Source: Owenia fusiformis (taxonomy: Eukaryota). Taken from it: a stretch of 64,000 nt of DNA. The stretch is taken from positions 23,932,001 through 23,996,000 of the forward strand of contig CAIIXF020000001.1 of assembly GCA_903813345.2 (NCBI GenBank). The letters run 5' to 3'. Positions 1 to 12,104 of this stretch are shown piece by piece (within the stretch, counting starts at the first letter, position 1; the number at the start of each line of letters is the position of its first letter). The notes under the pieces were generated by a model. The model ran no database searches and was not told the DNA's origin. It was given only the letters and a program-made list of their open reading frames with translations. Position numbers and translations under genes: made by a program.

Positions 1-14
1 TTTCTGTTCTGTAG

Positions 15-2028
15 CTGACTGCAACAGCGAGGGCAAGAGACTGAGTGACATCCCACAGTCCGCTGATGTTGTCCTAGTTGTTGAGGAGAGACAATGCAAC
101 AAGGACCTTACAGGCAAACTTGGAGCTCTCGTCGAGAGAATTGAAGAACAACTACGTGAACTCGGTAAGCAAACAACATGTTTTATTATATATAAAAGTG
201 CCATATGATGACTATAAATATATCGTATCATTACCAACGAAGTAAATGAATTAGCTCTAGGATAATCCAATACATTATAAACTTCAAATAGAATTTTAAG
301 TATTTGTTAAAAAGTCTCAAACAGCCTGCGATACAATCAACTCATTTCCATACTTTATATTCAAGGTCTATCCAACAACCGTTTCGGTATCGTTGGATTC
401 GGAGGTGAGGGAGTCCACAACAAACCCCATACTCACACCGTAGGTGGAGAAATCATGGGAGATTCTCGTAGATTCTCTTTTGGAGCAGCCAATCTCGACT
501 TCGAAGAAGATGGTGAATTCAAAGACACTCTTGGTGCTATTGAAAAAGCTGCCCACTATCCATTCAGACAGGGTGTCTCAAAGAGCATTGTCTTGGTAAC
601 ATGCACTGAATGTACTCAACAGGAAACCCAATATACTGATATCCTAAATATGCTCACAACAAGGGACATTACACTTCATATGCTCGCTGATAGCAAATTC
701 GAGTCCAACAGTGAATCTAAGAAGCCTTCAGTTTTCGTATTTGGTAGGTTTCTCATTCATTATTTGAATAAACAATGACCTGAATTAAAATCACAATTAA
801 ATATGATTTATTTAAATGTAAAAACAAGGGAAATAATGTCTGTACAGAAATCGTTTGGAACATTTATTACATTCCTTGTATTTTACAATTAAAATTATCT
901 AGATTGTTTTGATATAACGTATGTTCATTCTTTACTTTCAGGAGTTGACAGCAAATCAGCTTACAGCCGCAAATCCCTTATTGGTAAGAAACTGAGAGGC
1001 GACAAGGAACTCTTTAGCCAACTCACCGTTCCCCAGCACATCTGTGGTGATCTTACTACTCAAACCGAAGGTTCCCTATTTGATCTGAATAGACTCACAG
1101 CAGGAAATGTCCAAGCTCAAAAATCATTCTCTGAAGCTTTTGCCAAGAGAGTATCTATGTCTGCCATCCCATCCGGGTGCCAAGAGTGCAGCTGTGTCGA
1201 AGGTGAAACCGTATGCAAGACATGCACAGCTGAGGTAAAAACAGTTTGTTTATTTGTTTGTTTGTTTGTTTTGTTGTTTGTTTGTCATTATGAGAGGATG
1301 ATTTTACATATATAGTAATACTTCAAACAATATATCGTACTACACTAATTTGCTTTGAATAATAATTTGAATATTACTAGAAAATGGAAATCCAAATATC
1401 AACCCGTTGAATGATAACAAACATAACGCTGATTAAACCATATTATACCACAAGGCAAAAAGTAAAAGTGGACACTATGTTTTTTTATTTTAATTATTTG
1501 ATTGTTTCAGTCTTCAACCCTAGGCAAAAGAGAAGAGAACCCATATGCTGATGAATTCGAGCCAGCTATGGCCTCCGAGGAGGATGAGTTCAAAAATGAG
1601 CTTAAGGTAAGCCTTGTACAAACAAAAATTAATTTATATTAAAAAGTTCTATATCACTATTTCTTTGTTTCACTGATATCAAAAATCAAATACAATTCTT
1701 AAATGGTCAGAATATATTGAATAATGGAAAGTAATGAATCTAGTAACGGTATAAAAAGTTATCCCGGGCTATAACTTTTTGCGATTTTCTTTATTCTTAT
1801 TCTGTTTTGTCATTCATTCATGACATGTCATGTGGACGATGAAAGCCCTAGAAATTACAAATTGAGAGAGTTTATTTCCGTTATATATCTGGAGTGCATC
1901 ATGTAGTGTATATGCATATAAAACACCTACAAATTATGAATTGTTTTATGTCATTTCAGGAATACATGAGACGACCCATGAAAATGAAGAACATGAGGAA
2001 ACAGTACAGAAATGCTAAGAGAGCATAA
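15..2028 (+). CDS. 3' part of an apolipophorin/vitellogenin-like large lipid transfer protein (C-terminal VWA-like region), 5' partial
   Basis: Phase-consistent GT-AG exons 15-164, 366-743, 942-1234, 1511-1606, 1960-2028 (TAA). Translation includes ADVVLVVEERQCN, GLSNNRFGIVGFGGEGVHNKPHTHT, AAHYPFRQGVSKSIVLVTC and CQECSC, which I recognise from invertebrate apolipophorin C-termini. Confidence 0.7.
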
Positions 2029-3725
2029 GAACATTGACAATTCTCAATTTACACAACAACAAATGGGTACCGACCGACCGCATTCGAACAATGGACATTC
2101 TTAGGGGTTGATCCCCAGCAACTACAATGCAATTCTAAATCGTTTTAAAACAATTAGGGTATATACAAATGAGGGAGATGTATTTATATTTATTGAAACA
2201 TTTTGGAGTATATTTGTACATTGTTTATATTGATTTTTAAGATTATCTAATAACATTGCAAGAAAAACTATGATGTTATGTTATTTTTCTAAGACCAGAT
2301 GACTTAGTCACATCAGTGTGTTACTTTACTTGGAAAATATGTAATGGGAATGGGAAGGCGCCAGTATGTACTGTAGACACCCCTGCTCTTTTCCATGGTT
2401 TAATATTTGATATCTTTGTATATTTTTGTTTTTTAAATGCAAAGTTTGAATCCATTGTGGAATTGAGTTATAAATTAATCGTCAATTGTAAATTGATAGT
2501 CTTATTAGTAATAAGGTGTTTGGCCATTCAAGATATCCATATGTTCCAATGAGAGATTTGTGCTACTGATATTAGCTCGACATTGCAAACAATTCACTGA
2601 ATCCATTGTGATAATTTTATAGATTCCGAAATCATGAACATGACCACTTTGGCCATTTGCAGATAACATGGATTTCCTCTTGGTCTTGTCTTCCCTCGTT
2701 AAACAAAACCTATCAGATTATCCACCGTCGGGAGGGAGGGATAACATCCTTACTTCATATTGCTTTTCACGTGTTTTAGAAAACTTTATAGGTTATTTAC
2801 TTGAAGGATTGAATATGGTGTTTTATTCCGAGGGAAAACATTATACTGACCCAAGGTTAATAGGATATTTACCGAGGAAACGTACGTTTAGCTCCCATTA
2901 ACATTGATCTGTAACAATATATCCTGTAACATTGTCATTCATATTACCCGAGGATAAAATCGATATTCAATCCCAACCAGAAATAACATCTTTGTTTCAC
3001 GAATAATCCATCTGAATGGTAATACTTTCGAATCAATGAATGTATATAAATGGCAGATATTTGTTTATGTTCTGTTTTAACAATTTACATGTATTTATGA
3101 TTTTTCCTTCATCATGTCCAAACTTAATATTTATTCTTTACATGAAATAGTAGTTTAAAATACTCTCTCCATAATTGCAAATATAAGGGGCTGTTTGAAT
3201 ATATTCTTGATCAGTTGATACATGGACGTTTACTGGGAGGGATGGAATATTAATTTTATTCTGGGGGGAAAATATGATATTGGCAAAGAAAACTATCATA
3301 TTGATCGAATGCGAGAGCCCGGCCCAAGTATCAATATGATATTTTCCGAATCAGGGAAAACATGTTATTATGGAATAATAAGCATTACTGAAGGAAATCA
3401 CACTTGAAGACTTGTATAAAAAGACTTCTCTTTTGCTGATTTCATTTAATTTTGATGTATTCATTGAAGAAATCAATTGAAGATGATTGTATAGTGTCAG
3501 CTATATCGTAGATAACCTGTACTTAGATATGTCGAACGTACTGTTTATATAAAATACACAATTCAAAAGGCTCAGCACAAGTGTGAATTGCATTAATGAT
3601 ATGTTACGTTACCCTTTCTCAGTCAATATTCTTTAATTTATAGGTTCCTTTCTAATTATATTGAATATATATTTTGATACTCTTCGGTTAGTTTCTTCCT
3701 ATGTTTTTTACGAGACACAACCAGC

Positions 3726-6700
3726 ATGGGAGTAAACCGCATCCTAAAATGTATATTCATACTTTACAAAGTGTCATTATTTTTATCATCGCAAGTTCGG
3801 TTTTCTCGAATCAAAATTAAGGAAACTGTATACTTGAGCAGTGATGTCTTAGATGCGAACTCGAGGGCTGAAAGGGCATCCAGTTTGATGGAATGTTCTC
3901 AGGTTTGCACCGAGGTATCTGCTTGCCGACGCTTCAACTTCAATAGAGACAACGGTACTTGCGTCATCTTGGGAAGCTACGCAGATGACGTTCCGACTAC
4001 GCTCCTTGTTGGTAATTGGATTCAAGGGGTTGTCCAAAGGAAGGTAATGTTATTTCAACTCAAAGAGATGTAAAAGAAAGGGGATTTATTATTTAGGTTA
4101 GAGAAAAATGTTAAAGAATCATTCAAATTCAACTGAAAAAGCCGAAATTGTAATTTGGTTCAATGAACGAAGGAGAGGAGTCACAAGAAAGTGGAGAGGT
4201 TAAGCAAATACGGTTTTTCAAAACGTATACGTAAACGCAAAGTACATTGAATCAACATAGGATTGTATCGCTTTAGTCTACTTCAGATACCCGTTCAACT
4301 TCAAAGTTGCGTGTTTAGAACGGGAGATTTTAAAATTTCACGTTGCTATCAACGGGAATCATTATACTCATGTCTGTTGAATACTATCCTTGCAATTTTG
4401 ATTTCGATGCAGAGTATAATTCTTTCTGAAGAAGATGATGTATGTTACGCATGATTTAACTCCAATAATCTTACGAAACGAGCTCGTTTGAAATATGTAT
4501 TAGAAAACCAGCTATTGAACTTCATCAATGGCATACTATGTAATCATTACAAGCTATGGTGTAGTCTAAACAAACACTAGAGCTGAACGGCTATTTATGT
4601 GTGAACTCTACACAAGGAGGATTGGCTCCCAGGATCGAAACTCGATATTTTCCAACAATGAAAACGTCGAAATGTCGTTATTTTCTGAAATTAAAACCGA
4701 CTATAAATTCAAAATAAACAGTTCAAAAGATTCGAACCAATATCTCGATCGTTTCTTGTGAGTTTTGGAATTTTTCGTTTGGAAATAAGACCAAAATTCA
4801 CGATTTAAATGTTGAAGTGAACAAAATGGCGGCTGTTTGAATTCGAATTTTGTATTACGACATACCCATATATGGGACAGAATATCGGTGGTGCACTCTG
4901 GGAGCCAATCCTCCTTGAACTCTACATGTATTTGTATAGGACGATTGATACGTTTAAGTTGCGTTTTGGATTTTATACGGTAGCTTAACCTCTCCAGTAT
5001 ATTATTACTTGGTTCATTGAGTCGACCAAAATGAAGGTGGTGTGGTCATTTGCTTGGATCAACACAATCAGTGAAAGGAAGAGTCATTAAAATCTAAATC
5101 ATTATATGTGACAAAGATTGGTTCAAATCACATTATCTCTGCATTGTGTATCATATTTAACTACACCCAGTATCTTAGCTGTATTATTTTGTAATCCAGA
5201 AACAGATTACGGACAGTTTCTCAGCAATGTCAATGGGTTTTATTATATTTAAAAAGTAGTATATGATGAATGTAAAAAGTAGGCCAAACTTAATTGTTTG
5301 TTAATGTTTAAAATGCTTTCTGGAAACTGATCCCTTTCTATCATCACAATAATCGAAAACACATATAAGTATGTCTCGTTATGTTTTACAGAAACAATGT
5401 GACAAATTCGGAGATTGTCATTGTCTTGTTCCTCATGGACAGTTTGATGAACATTGTACGGAATGTAAGTACGAGATTGACAGGGGTAGATCTGGGAACA
5501 AACAAGGGGGGGGGGGCAAATTTCAAGTCTGATAAAAAATATTCCGCGCTTGCGTTGAAAAAAAATTGAAAAAGGCCCATTTTCTTCAAAATTTGGCCTA
5601 AAATTAAAGAATAAGCTGGCCTTAAATAAAAGGTCCACTTATTGGGGCCTTTTAGGTTTTTTGGCCTTAAGGCCCCTGGGCCTGGGCTCCCCCGCCAGTG
5701 CAAATAAAATATAATTTGCAATATACATGTGCGCTTTTCTTGTGCAACGAGCTCATCCCAAGCAGAAATTCGATCGAAAGTATCATTAAAGTATATCCGA
5801 TCGGAGATTTTGAGAAAATAGACATGGCAAGGGATGACAAGGACGTCCAAAATATTCTAAAATTGATACAATTTTTGTCAAGGGCACTCTGACGACTTCT
5901 TGCCATCTTGTTAGACATTCAGAGATGCTACCTTTAATTTTTTATTTGAAAAACGAGCCTTCTTCGATCTTTCGTGATAATTCCTAACATTGTGAAATAG
6001 CTTGAATTGCTGTAACTATATAATGCTGTGGGCTTAAAGGTAATAAAGTAACATCACACTTACGTCCCGGCGATCATACGTCCAAATAATAGTTGTGTTT
6101 CAAATATTAATTGTATCACGATATACGAGACCAAAGTTAACGCTACCAGGGAGAATTGGACCTGCATGCCTTACTATTTATACATGTTTTTCTGTTTTGA
6201 AAAATTCGATATGTGATGTATATTTCTTAGTAATACTTACAAATATTTCGTTGCGGTTTTAGGCTTTAATTCGTAATTTCAATCACCGCCATCACTTTTC
6301 AAACGAGTTACTTTGAAATATCAAGACGTCATGCTATTCTCATACTTATATCGAACTTAATATGACTGTCATTCACCTTTTATCAAGCAGTAGAAAATTA
6401 ATTTGCTCCATGGGTGACAAAATGTTTCTAGTTTCCTGCTGAATGTCGAATCTCGCATCATACGAATGTAATTTTAGGCGATCTGTCTGCAGGGGGTGAA
6501 TGTTACTCTGGTATCGGGCATTCACTTGGCCTTTTGACAACGGTATAATAGTACACATTTATAAAACACATGTTTAGTGTTTAATACTATTGTACAGAAT
6601 ACTAAACAGCGTTTAATATGAACGAAAGCCGAGTTCGGTTTTTTTAATATTCATAATAAGGTGGTATTGTTCCACATGTACAGCAGCAATCTTTTCACTA

Positions 6701-9700
6701 ATAAACCTTGGCAGTCCCTTTGCTTACACAGTATTCATTCCTTTTTACTGTAACATGAATAGCAATCAAGCTCCTATGAAGCGTCCCAAAGTGAACCGGT
6801 GAACTCCTCGACCTCACTTTACACATTGAACAAGAGGCATAAGGCTATAAAATATTTTATAGCTGAGTGAAACTTTCTGGATAAAGTACTGGCAGAAGTG
6901 TTTAGATGAACAGCAAGATGACATTCTGGAGCTTTGTACTTACATTCTGTGGAATTGTGGGCTTTCACTGCTGTCTTGCTGGAGAATATGGGATTGTAAT
7001 AGATGCAGGAAGCAGCGGCAGTCGAGCCAGAATCTATACCTGGCCTGAAAGAACTTCTCTGAGTCAAACAATCCAACTTACAGAAGTTGGGAACAAAAAG
7101 ATCAAGCCAGGATTGAGTGCTTTTGTAGGGGACGCAAATGGGATAAGGGATCACGTGTTACAGCTAATTGATGCGTGCAAGGATAATGTTCCAGATGATA
7201 AACAAGTAGACACTCCAATTTATGTAATGGCCACTGCTGGAATGAGACTTTTAAAAGGTACCGACGCATTTGCAATCTACGAAAAGGTGGACGAGTTTTT
7301 ATCTGACAAGTCCTTCTCCCCATTTGATTTTCAAAAGGGAAACGCAAGAACGCTGTCGGGTGAGGAAGAAGGGGCATTTACCTGGATTGCTGCCAACCAA
7401 CTCAACGGCCTGTTTGGAAAGGGTCGCACCACTAACGAGACTGTTGGCATTATTGAAATGGGCGGGGCTTCAACCCAGCTTGCGTTTGTACCCCGGGGAA
7501 ATCTATTGGCTGACAAATTTCCTGTTTTCGTGGCTGGAAAGCATTATCCATTATATGTTCATAGCTACCTCTATTATGGTCAAGACTTTGGTATCCAAAA
7601 GATAAAGAACAATCTCTACCGAAACAGACCTGACGGCGCTTCCAACGTTATCATTAACCCTTGCATGTTAGTGGGTGATGATAAACTTATTGATATGCAA
7701 GGTGTGGAAATACAATACCAAGGTAGTGGGAACCCCGATGAATGTCTAAACCTCATACGAGATGAACTAGTGTATAAAAGCCCAGATCATCGGTGCTTCC
7801 CAAAACCATGTTCGATAGGACCGGTGTATCAACCTGAAATCCCCGCCGGTATGTTATTCTACGCCGTCTCCGCGATCATACACACTAGTAAGACAATTGG
7901 TGCGACATCTGCCGATAACGGCATGACCAATGCGGGAACCATTCTTGCTGAGAGTCGGGAGTTCTGTCAATTGGACCTGCAGACTGCGCTAAATAAAACG
8001 GGAGATAGTTATTCAGACGCTCGTTGTCTATCTGGACTTTTGATAAGCACAATGATGATCGAGGGATGGGGCTTTGACAAAGATGAACAAGTAGATGTAA
8101 GCGGAAATATAGCGGGCGAAGAGCTAACTTGGACACCAGGTGCTATGATCTACGAAGTTGAGAGAAGAGACAGAGGGCGCTCACTCAATGACGTCATCAA
8201 CGTAGGAACAATGCATCATATATTCTCCGGATTATATGGAGTTTTAGTGCTTGCAATATTGTCAACTATACACTTCATGTAGACATGGTTGGCACACTTT
8301 AAGGTACTGGTGGACGAAAACATTTACGAAATTGCTGTACCTGCACATGTTCAGAAAATAACATGACAGCATTTTTTCAAAAATGTTTTTGTTCCACGTA
8401 CCAGTATTAAAATAGATGAAAAGATGATAAGATCTAATTACATTTCACAAAATTTTGACAATGTACATCAAAGTTAATTATATGCGTTTAAAATCATGGA
8501 TCGCATTTTGAGCCACCTTGTCATCTAATAAAATATATGTACTGATCATACTTCAGATGTTTTGTCGGAATAACCAAATATTTTGTATAGATGTACATCG
8601 AAGTCACCTAGGCTGTCAGTTTGTTGTTTTGCATCATCAAATCGACCTCCTTCTTAGAGGAGTTGCAGCCATAGTTCAAACTCGATACGGAGTATCGGAG
8701 TTTGAATAACGCCTTCCAATATCCTCCTTGGTGAAATTATGAAATAAATATTTCCTCCGACGGAATTTCAGTCATTTTGTGTGTAACCAAAAGGGGACGA
8801 GTGAAAAATTGTTATTTGTATATGTATAACCTCAAAGTCCTCAGATTATTAATATTGATAACATTTTAGATATATATAGGCAGCTTATTATCGAAGGAAC
8901 TTATCAACTTGAGGCCTCGTTGTTATTTTTTCTTTTTCTTTTTGTTATCATTATCAATAATTACATGATAATATTGTTTATAATGATAATTACTATAAAT
9001 GCTATCTTGTACTTGGTAGACATATTTTGGTCTATACCTTTTGGCATTTTTTCGATTTTGTTTCGTTTTCGTAAGGATTTAGCCCTGGGCTTAGTACAAT
9101 GATGAATGACCATTCCTTTAAGGAATTGCTTTCCAAAATTTGCACGAGATGCGGTGTTAATTTTAGGAACCAACGACTGTAAAAGGAGTGGTCATTCCAC
9201 AATGCATTGAGTCTTCATTATCTTTTTCACACATTGCAAAATATCGTCTTTACAATCATCTAAAAGGTCACTATTTTTAACAGAAAGGTACATGCACTGT
9301 GTTTTCACTAATACAAAAGATGTACCGACACCGTAGGTTCCGCCGGGTTTCGAACCCAGGACCTTCTGCGTGTTAGGCAGACGTGATAACCACTACATAC
9401 ACTACGGAACCGTTTGGTTGTGGACCGTTCAACCCAGTGGGGTGTAATAAATATTGATTTCCCAACTTTTGTATACGCCAAAAGCTGAAAAGCCAATTTT
9501 GGGTCAAAATGAAAACAAATTGGGCCCTGCTAATACGTTTCAAGAAACAAGTACTGAATCGGGAAACATACAACATGTAATGGGTACTTCCGAAACATTT
9601 AGAATACGAACCGAGTTACTCACTTCGAGAGCCATGTTAGATTTTGAAACTTATCATATCAAAGATAGAGTTTATTGTCTTATCTGATGACTACAACATT

Positions 9701-12104
9701 CAATAACCCATATTTATTTTTTTCTGATATTATAAGGTTCCAAATAATTTATCATATGAAGAATAATTGTGTAAACCGTGAAGAAATTCCTTTTGAAAAT
9801 ATTTTCAAATAACTCTTGAAAATCGCCCCTTGCTGAAATCTTTCAAAAAACTCCAAGCGATTTGCTTTAAAAACACGAATCAGTAGAGCAATATCAATAC
9901 TAAAAGTGATAAAAACTAGGGTTCTTCAACAGGACATATTTCTGGATTTTCTGGGGTTTGGTTACTACTATAGATAAAACTGGTAAATTAGACGTATCAA
10001 ACCAAAATTCGAGTTAAACTAGCATCTGCACTATCATTGTAGTATGCCAGGTCACAGGGTCCCTTGGCGTTTCTAACAGTAGTGTCGTCCCCGGGAATTG
10101 GATGTCTAGTAGCTCTCATCTTGGTGACAGAAAACCCTTTATGGCGAGGTTGAATCAAATGTACGGATGGGTCACAGACACAGAAGGGAATATTGATGAA
10201 GAATGGATTCAAGTTGACTTTGATAGGACCGTGGTTGTCGATAGTATCTATACGCAGGTATCTTTGGAAGTAATATTACCCCCGTCCCGAGCTTTTAATT
10301 TCGATGGTGCAACATCGATCATTATTTTAGACATCGTCTTATTTTTAGGATTCTCAGTAAAATTTTACTCTAAGTTCCAAATATCACCGTTGTCATTCGA
10401 AGTTTTTGCCATTGTAATTGCAGGTGGTGGCAATAGGTCATGTGAATTATTTATCTATTTTTGTTTTACATTTATCTATTCCACTTCATGTATGATCCGA
10501 TGATATTCGTAAAGTATTCTTTATTTTCTTTCTACCATTTGTGCTTCAAAAAAATTTCTTTTAAGGGATGTAACGAGTGCATACAAATACGTTGGGTAAA
10601 ATCCTACAGACTCTCATATCTCTCAGACAGTGATAACTGGAAACAATACAACCATGTGGTCTATGGGCAGGTAATTTTCTATACTCGTTCTAAAATATAT
10701 TTTTTGGCTTGTACGAGGGTTGATCCAAATGTTCCGAACCGTTTGCGCTAAAAATCTTAATATTTAATGAATATTGTTCATATTTGGCCTCAACCACCCC
10801 ATATATAGTAGTTTCATTTTTTGTAAAAATAAACAATTAATTTGACAAGTAACATAGGTATCTGGTTACCATAGCAACATTACAACAGGGTATGTGGAGC
10901 AAGAGAATAGAGTTGGAAAAAAGTTGACACTTGAAGGGTGTATACAGGGTACCAAATGTATTTCAAATTTGCTAGTCATCCCTATTAATCAATTATTCTT
11001 TCATTAGACCAATTCTATATGTGTGATCTGATATCATACAATATAGTTGGCAAGTGTAATGTCATTGACCAGAAGAATGCCTTGCGCCAAAAGCAGTCAA
11101 ATTAAAGCATGAAATCCAGTTCGATTTCGACAATGCGCAATTCCATACCTATACTTACTCAAACGTTAATGAAAATATGCACATGCCTTGGCTTACCCTT
11201 GCATCCTTCTCTCTATATATGCCCCCATCGGCGTTTATCTTTATAATGACCTGAAGTACAAATTGCAAGACAAGACATGCTTTTGAACATTAAATTAAGT
11301 ATTGCTGTTCTTGAGTGGCTTTCTGAGACAGATAATGGTAAATTTAAAGATGTGTTTGATCAAAGGGTCAGCAGATATACTAACTTAGTATATCTGCTGA
11401 CCCTTTGATCAAACACACAAGTGTAAGGGGATAAGAGACTGTTTTGCGAAATAAATCAAGAACTAACAATGAAATATGGACAAATTGAAAAAATAATTGG
11501 TTAATAGGCAGGCATGACTGACACATTTGAAATTTGGTACCCTGTACCCTCTTTTAGAATCAACTTTTTTCCACCTCTACGTTATGTCGTACTCTTGCTC
11601 CACATACCCTGTTGCCATGTTACTATGGTAACCAGATACCTGTGTTGCTGGTCAAATTTATTGCATATTTTTTACACAAAATGAAACTGGTATTGATTGG
11701 GTGGTTGTGGCCAAATATGAACAATTTTCATATAGTATTAAGATTTTTAGAGCAAAAGGTTCGGAACTTTTGGATCAACCCTCGTATTAAACAGTTCTTT
11801 TAATAAATATTTTCAAGATGCCTTGCTAAAAGTCTACGTTGAACATCGAGTTTACTGATTAGACGACATCTATTTAAAACATTAAAGAATTTACAATAGT
11901 AAATAACCGTGATCGAATATATTTGTGTTTGTGTTTTTTCCATAGGTCCTCCCTGGAAATAGTGATGCTGCTACTGTAGTGTCAACTCGCTTGATTCCAC
12001 CCATTGTGACCCGGACTGTGAAACTACAGATCGCTGAAATATATGATGCTGCCGGCTTGAATAGAGGTGGCCTTCGATTGGACATGGCCGGTTGTGACTT
12101 TTGA
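3726..12104 (+). CDS. Probably secreted PAN/apple + short Cys-rich + F5/8 type C (discoidin) domain protein, 289 aa, 5 exons
   Basis: Exons 3726-4043 (hydrophobic N-terminus, PAN-like SLMECSQVC..CRRFNF...GTCVIL), 5392-5464 (KQCDKFGDCHC...EHCTE), 10043-10257 (SSSSH..ARLN..GW..EWIQVDF..IYTQ), 10566-10670 (WVKSYRLSY..W), 11946-12104 (GNSD..PPIVTR..LRLDMAGC-stop). All junctions are GT-AG with matching phases 0,1,0,0; total 870 nt. Confidence 0.75.
4193..4995. mobile_element. MITE, copy 1 (TIR GGAGAGGTTAAGC, 3-bp TSD AGT), interrupted by a nested element
   Basis: Terminal inverted repeats GGAGAGGTTAAGC...GCTTAACCTCTCC flanked by AGT/AGT; near-identical uninterrupted copy at 20838-21327. Confidence 0.9.
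4613..4917. mobile_element. Nested 305-bp MITE with 20-bp TIR and 9-bp TSD
   Basis: CAAGGAGGATTGGCTCCCAG...CTGGGAGCCAATCCTCCTTG flanked by AACTCTACA at 4604-4612 and 4918-4926; the empty site is visible in the sister element near 21249. Confidence 0.92.
6906..8282 (+). CDS. Ectonucleoside triphosphate diphosphohydrolase (GDA1/CD39 family ecto-apyrase), intronless CDS, 458 aa
   Basis: Apyrase conserved regions DAGSSGSR, ATAGMRLL, SGEEEG, EMGGASTQ, plus LYVHSYL.YG and WTPG; hydrophobic N-terminal signal/anchor and C-terminal hydrophobic tail. Confidence 0.95.
   Translation: MNSKMTFWSFVLTFCGIVGFHCCLAGEYGIVIDAGSSGSRARIYTWPERTSLSQTIQLTEVGNKKIKPGLSAFVGDANGIRDHVLQLIDACKDNVPDDKQVDTPIYVMATAGMRLLKGTDAFAIYEKVDEFLSDKSFSPFDFQKGNARTLSGEEEGAFTWIAANQLNGLFGKGRTTNETVGIIEMGGASTQLAFVPRGNLLADKFPVFVAGKHYPLYVHSYLYYGQDFGIQKIKNNLYRNRPDGASNVIINPCMLVGDDKLIDMQGVEIQYQGSGNPDECLNLIRDELVYKSPDHRCFPKPCSIGPVYQPEIPAGMLFYAVSAIIHTSKTIGATSADNGMTNAGTILAESREFCQLDLQTALNKTGDSYSDARCLSGLLISTMMIEGWGFDKDEQVDVSGNIAGEELTWTPGAMIYEVERRDRGRSLNDVINVGTMHHIFSGLYGVLVLAILSTIHFM
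9336..9411 (-). tRNA. tRNA-Val(AAC) gene with a 4-nt TGTA duplication in the D-arm (possible pseudogene)
   Basis: Minus strand GGTTCCGTAGTGTA[TGTA]GTGGTTATCACGTCTGCCTAACACGCAGAAGGTCCTGGGTTCGAAACCCGGCGGAACC: acceptor stem GGTTCCG/CGGAACC, anticodon loop CTAACAC, T-loop GTTCGAA, TTTT run shortly downstream. Confidence 0.85.
10714..11784 (+). mobile_element. Degenerate mariner-type DNA transposon with long TIRs
   Basis: TA|CGAGGGTTGATCCAAA...TTTGGATCAACCCTCG|TA, inverted arms over 200 bp, and internal decayed HDNA- and HP.YSPDLAP.D-like transposase remnants at about 11128-11260. Confidence 0.85.

Noticed and set aside
4263-4454. Duplicated 63-aa ORF (also 20908-21099)
   Set aside because: TTG-started chance ORF inside two copies of a MITE.
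6906-8282. Horizontal transfer from bacteria as the reason the NTPDase lacks introns
   Set aside because: The hydrophobic termini and Cys pattern (NPC, C..KPCSI, FC, RC) match animal CD39-type enzymes; retroposition or intron loss is simpler.
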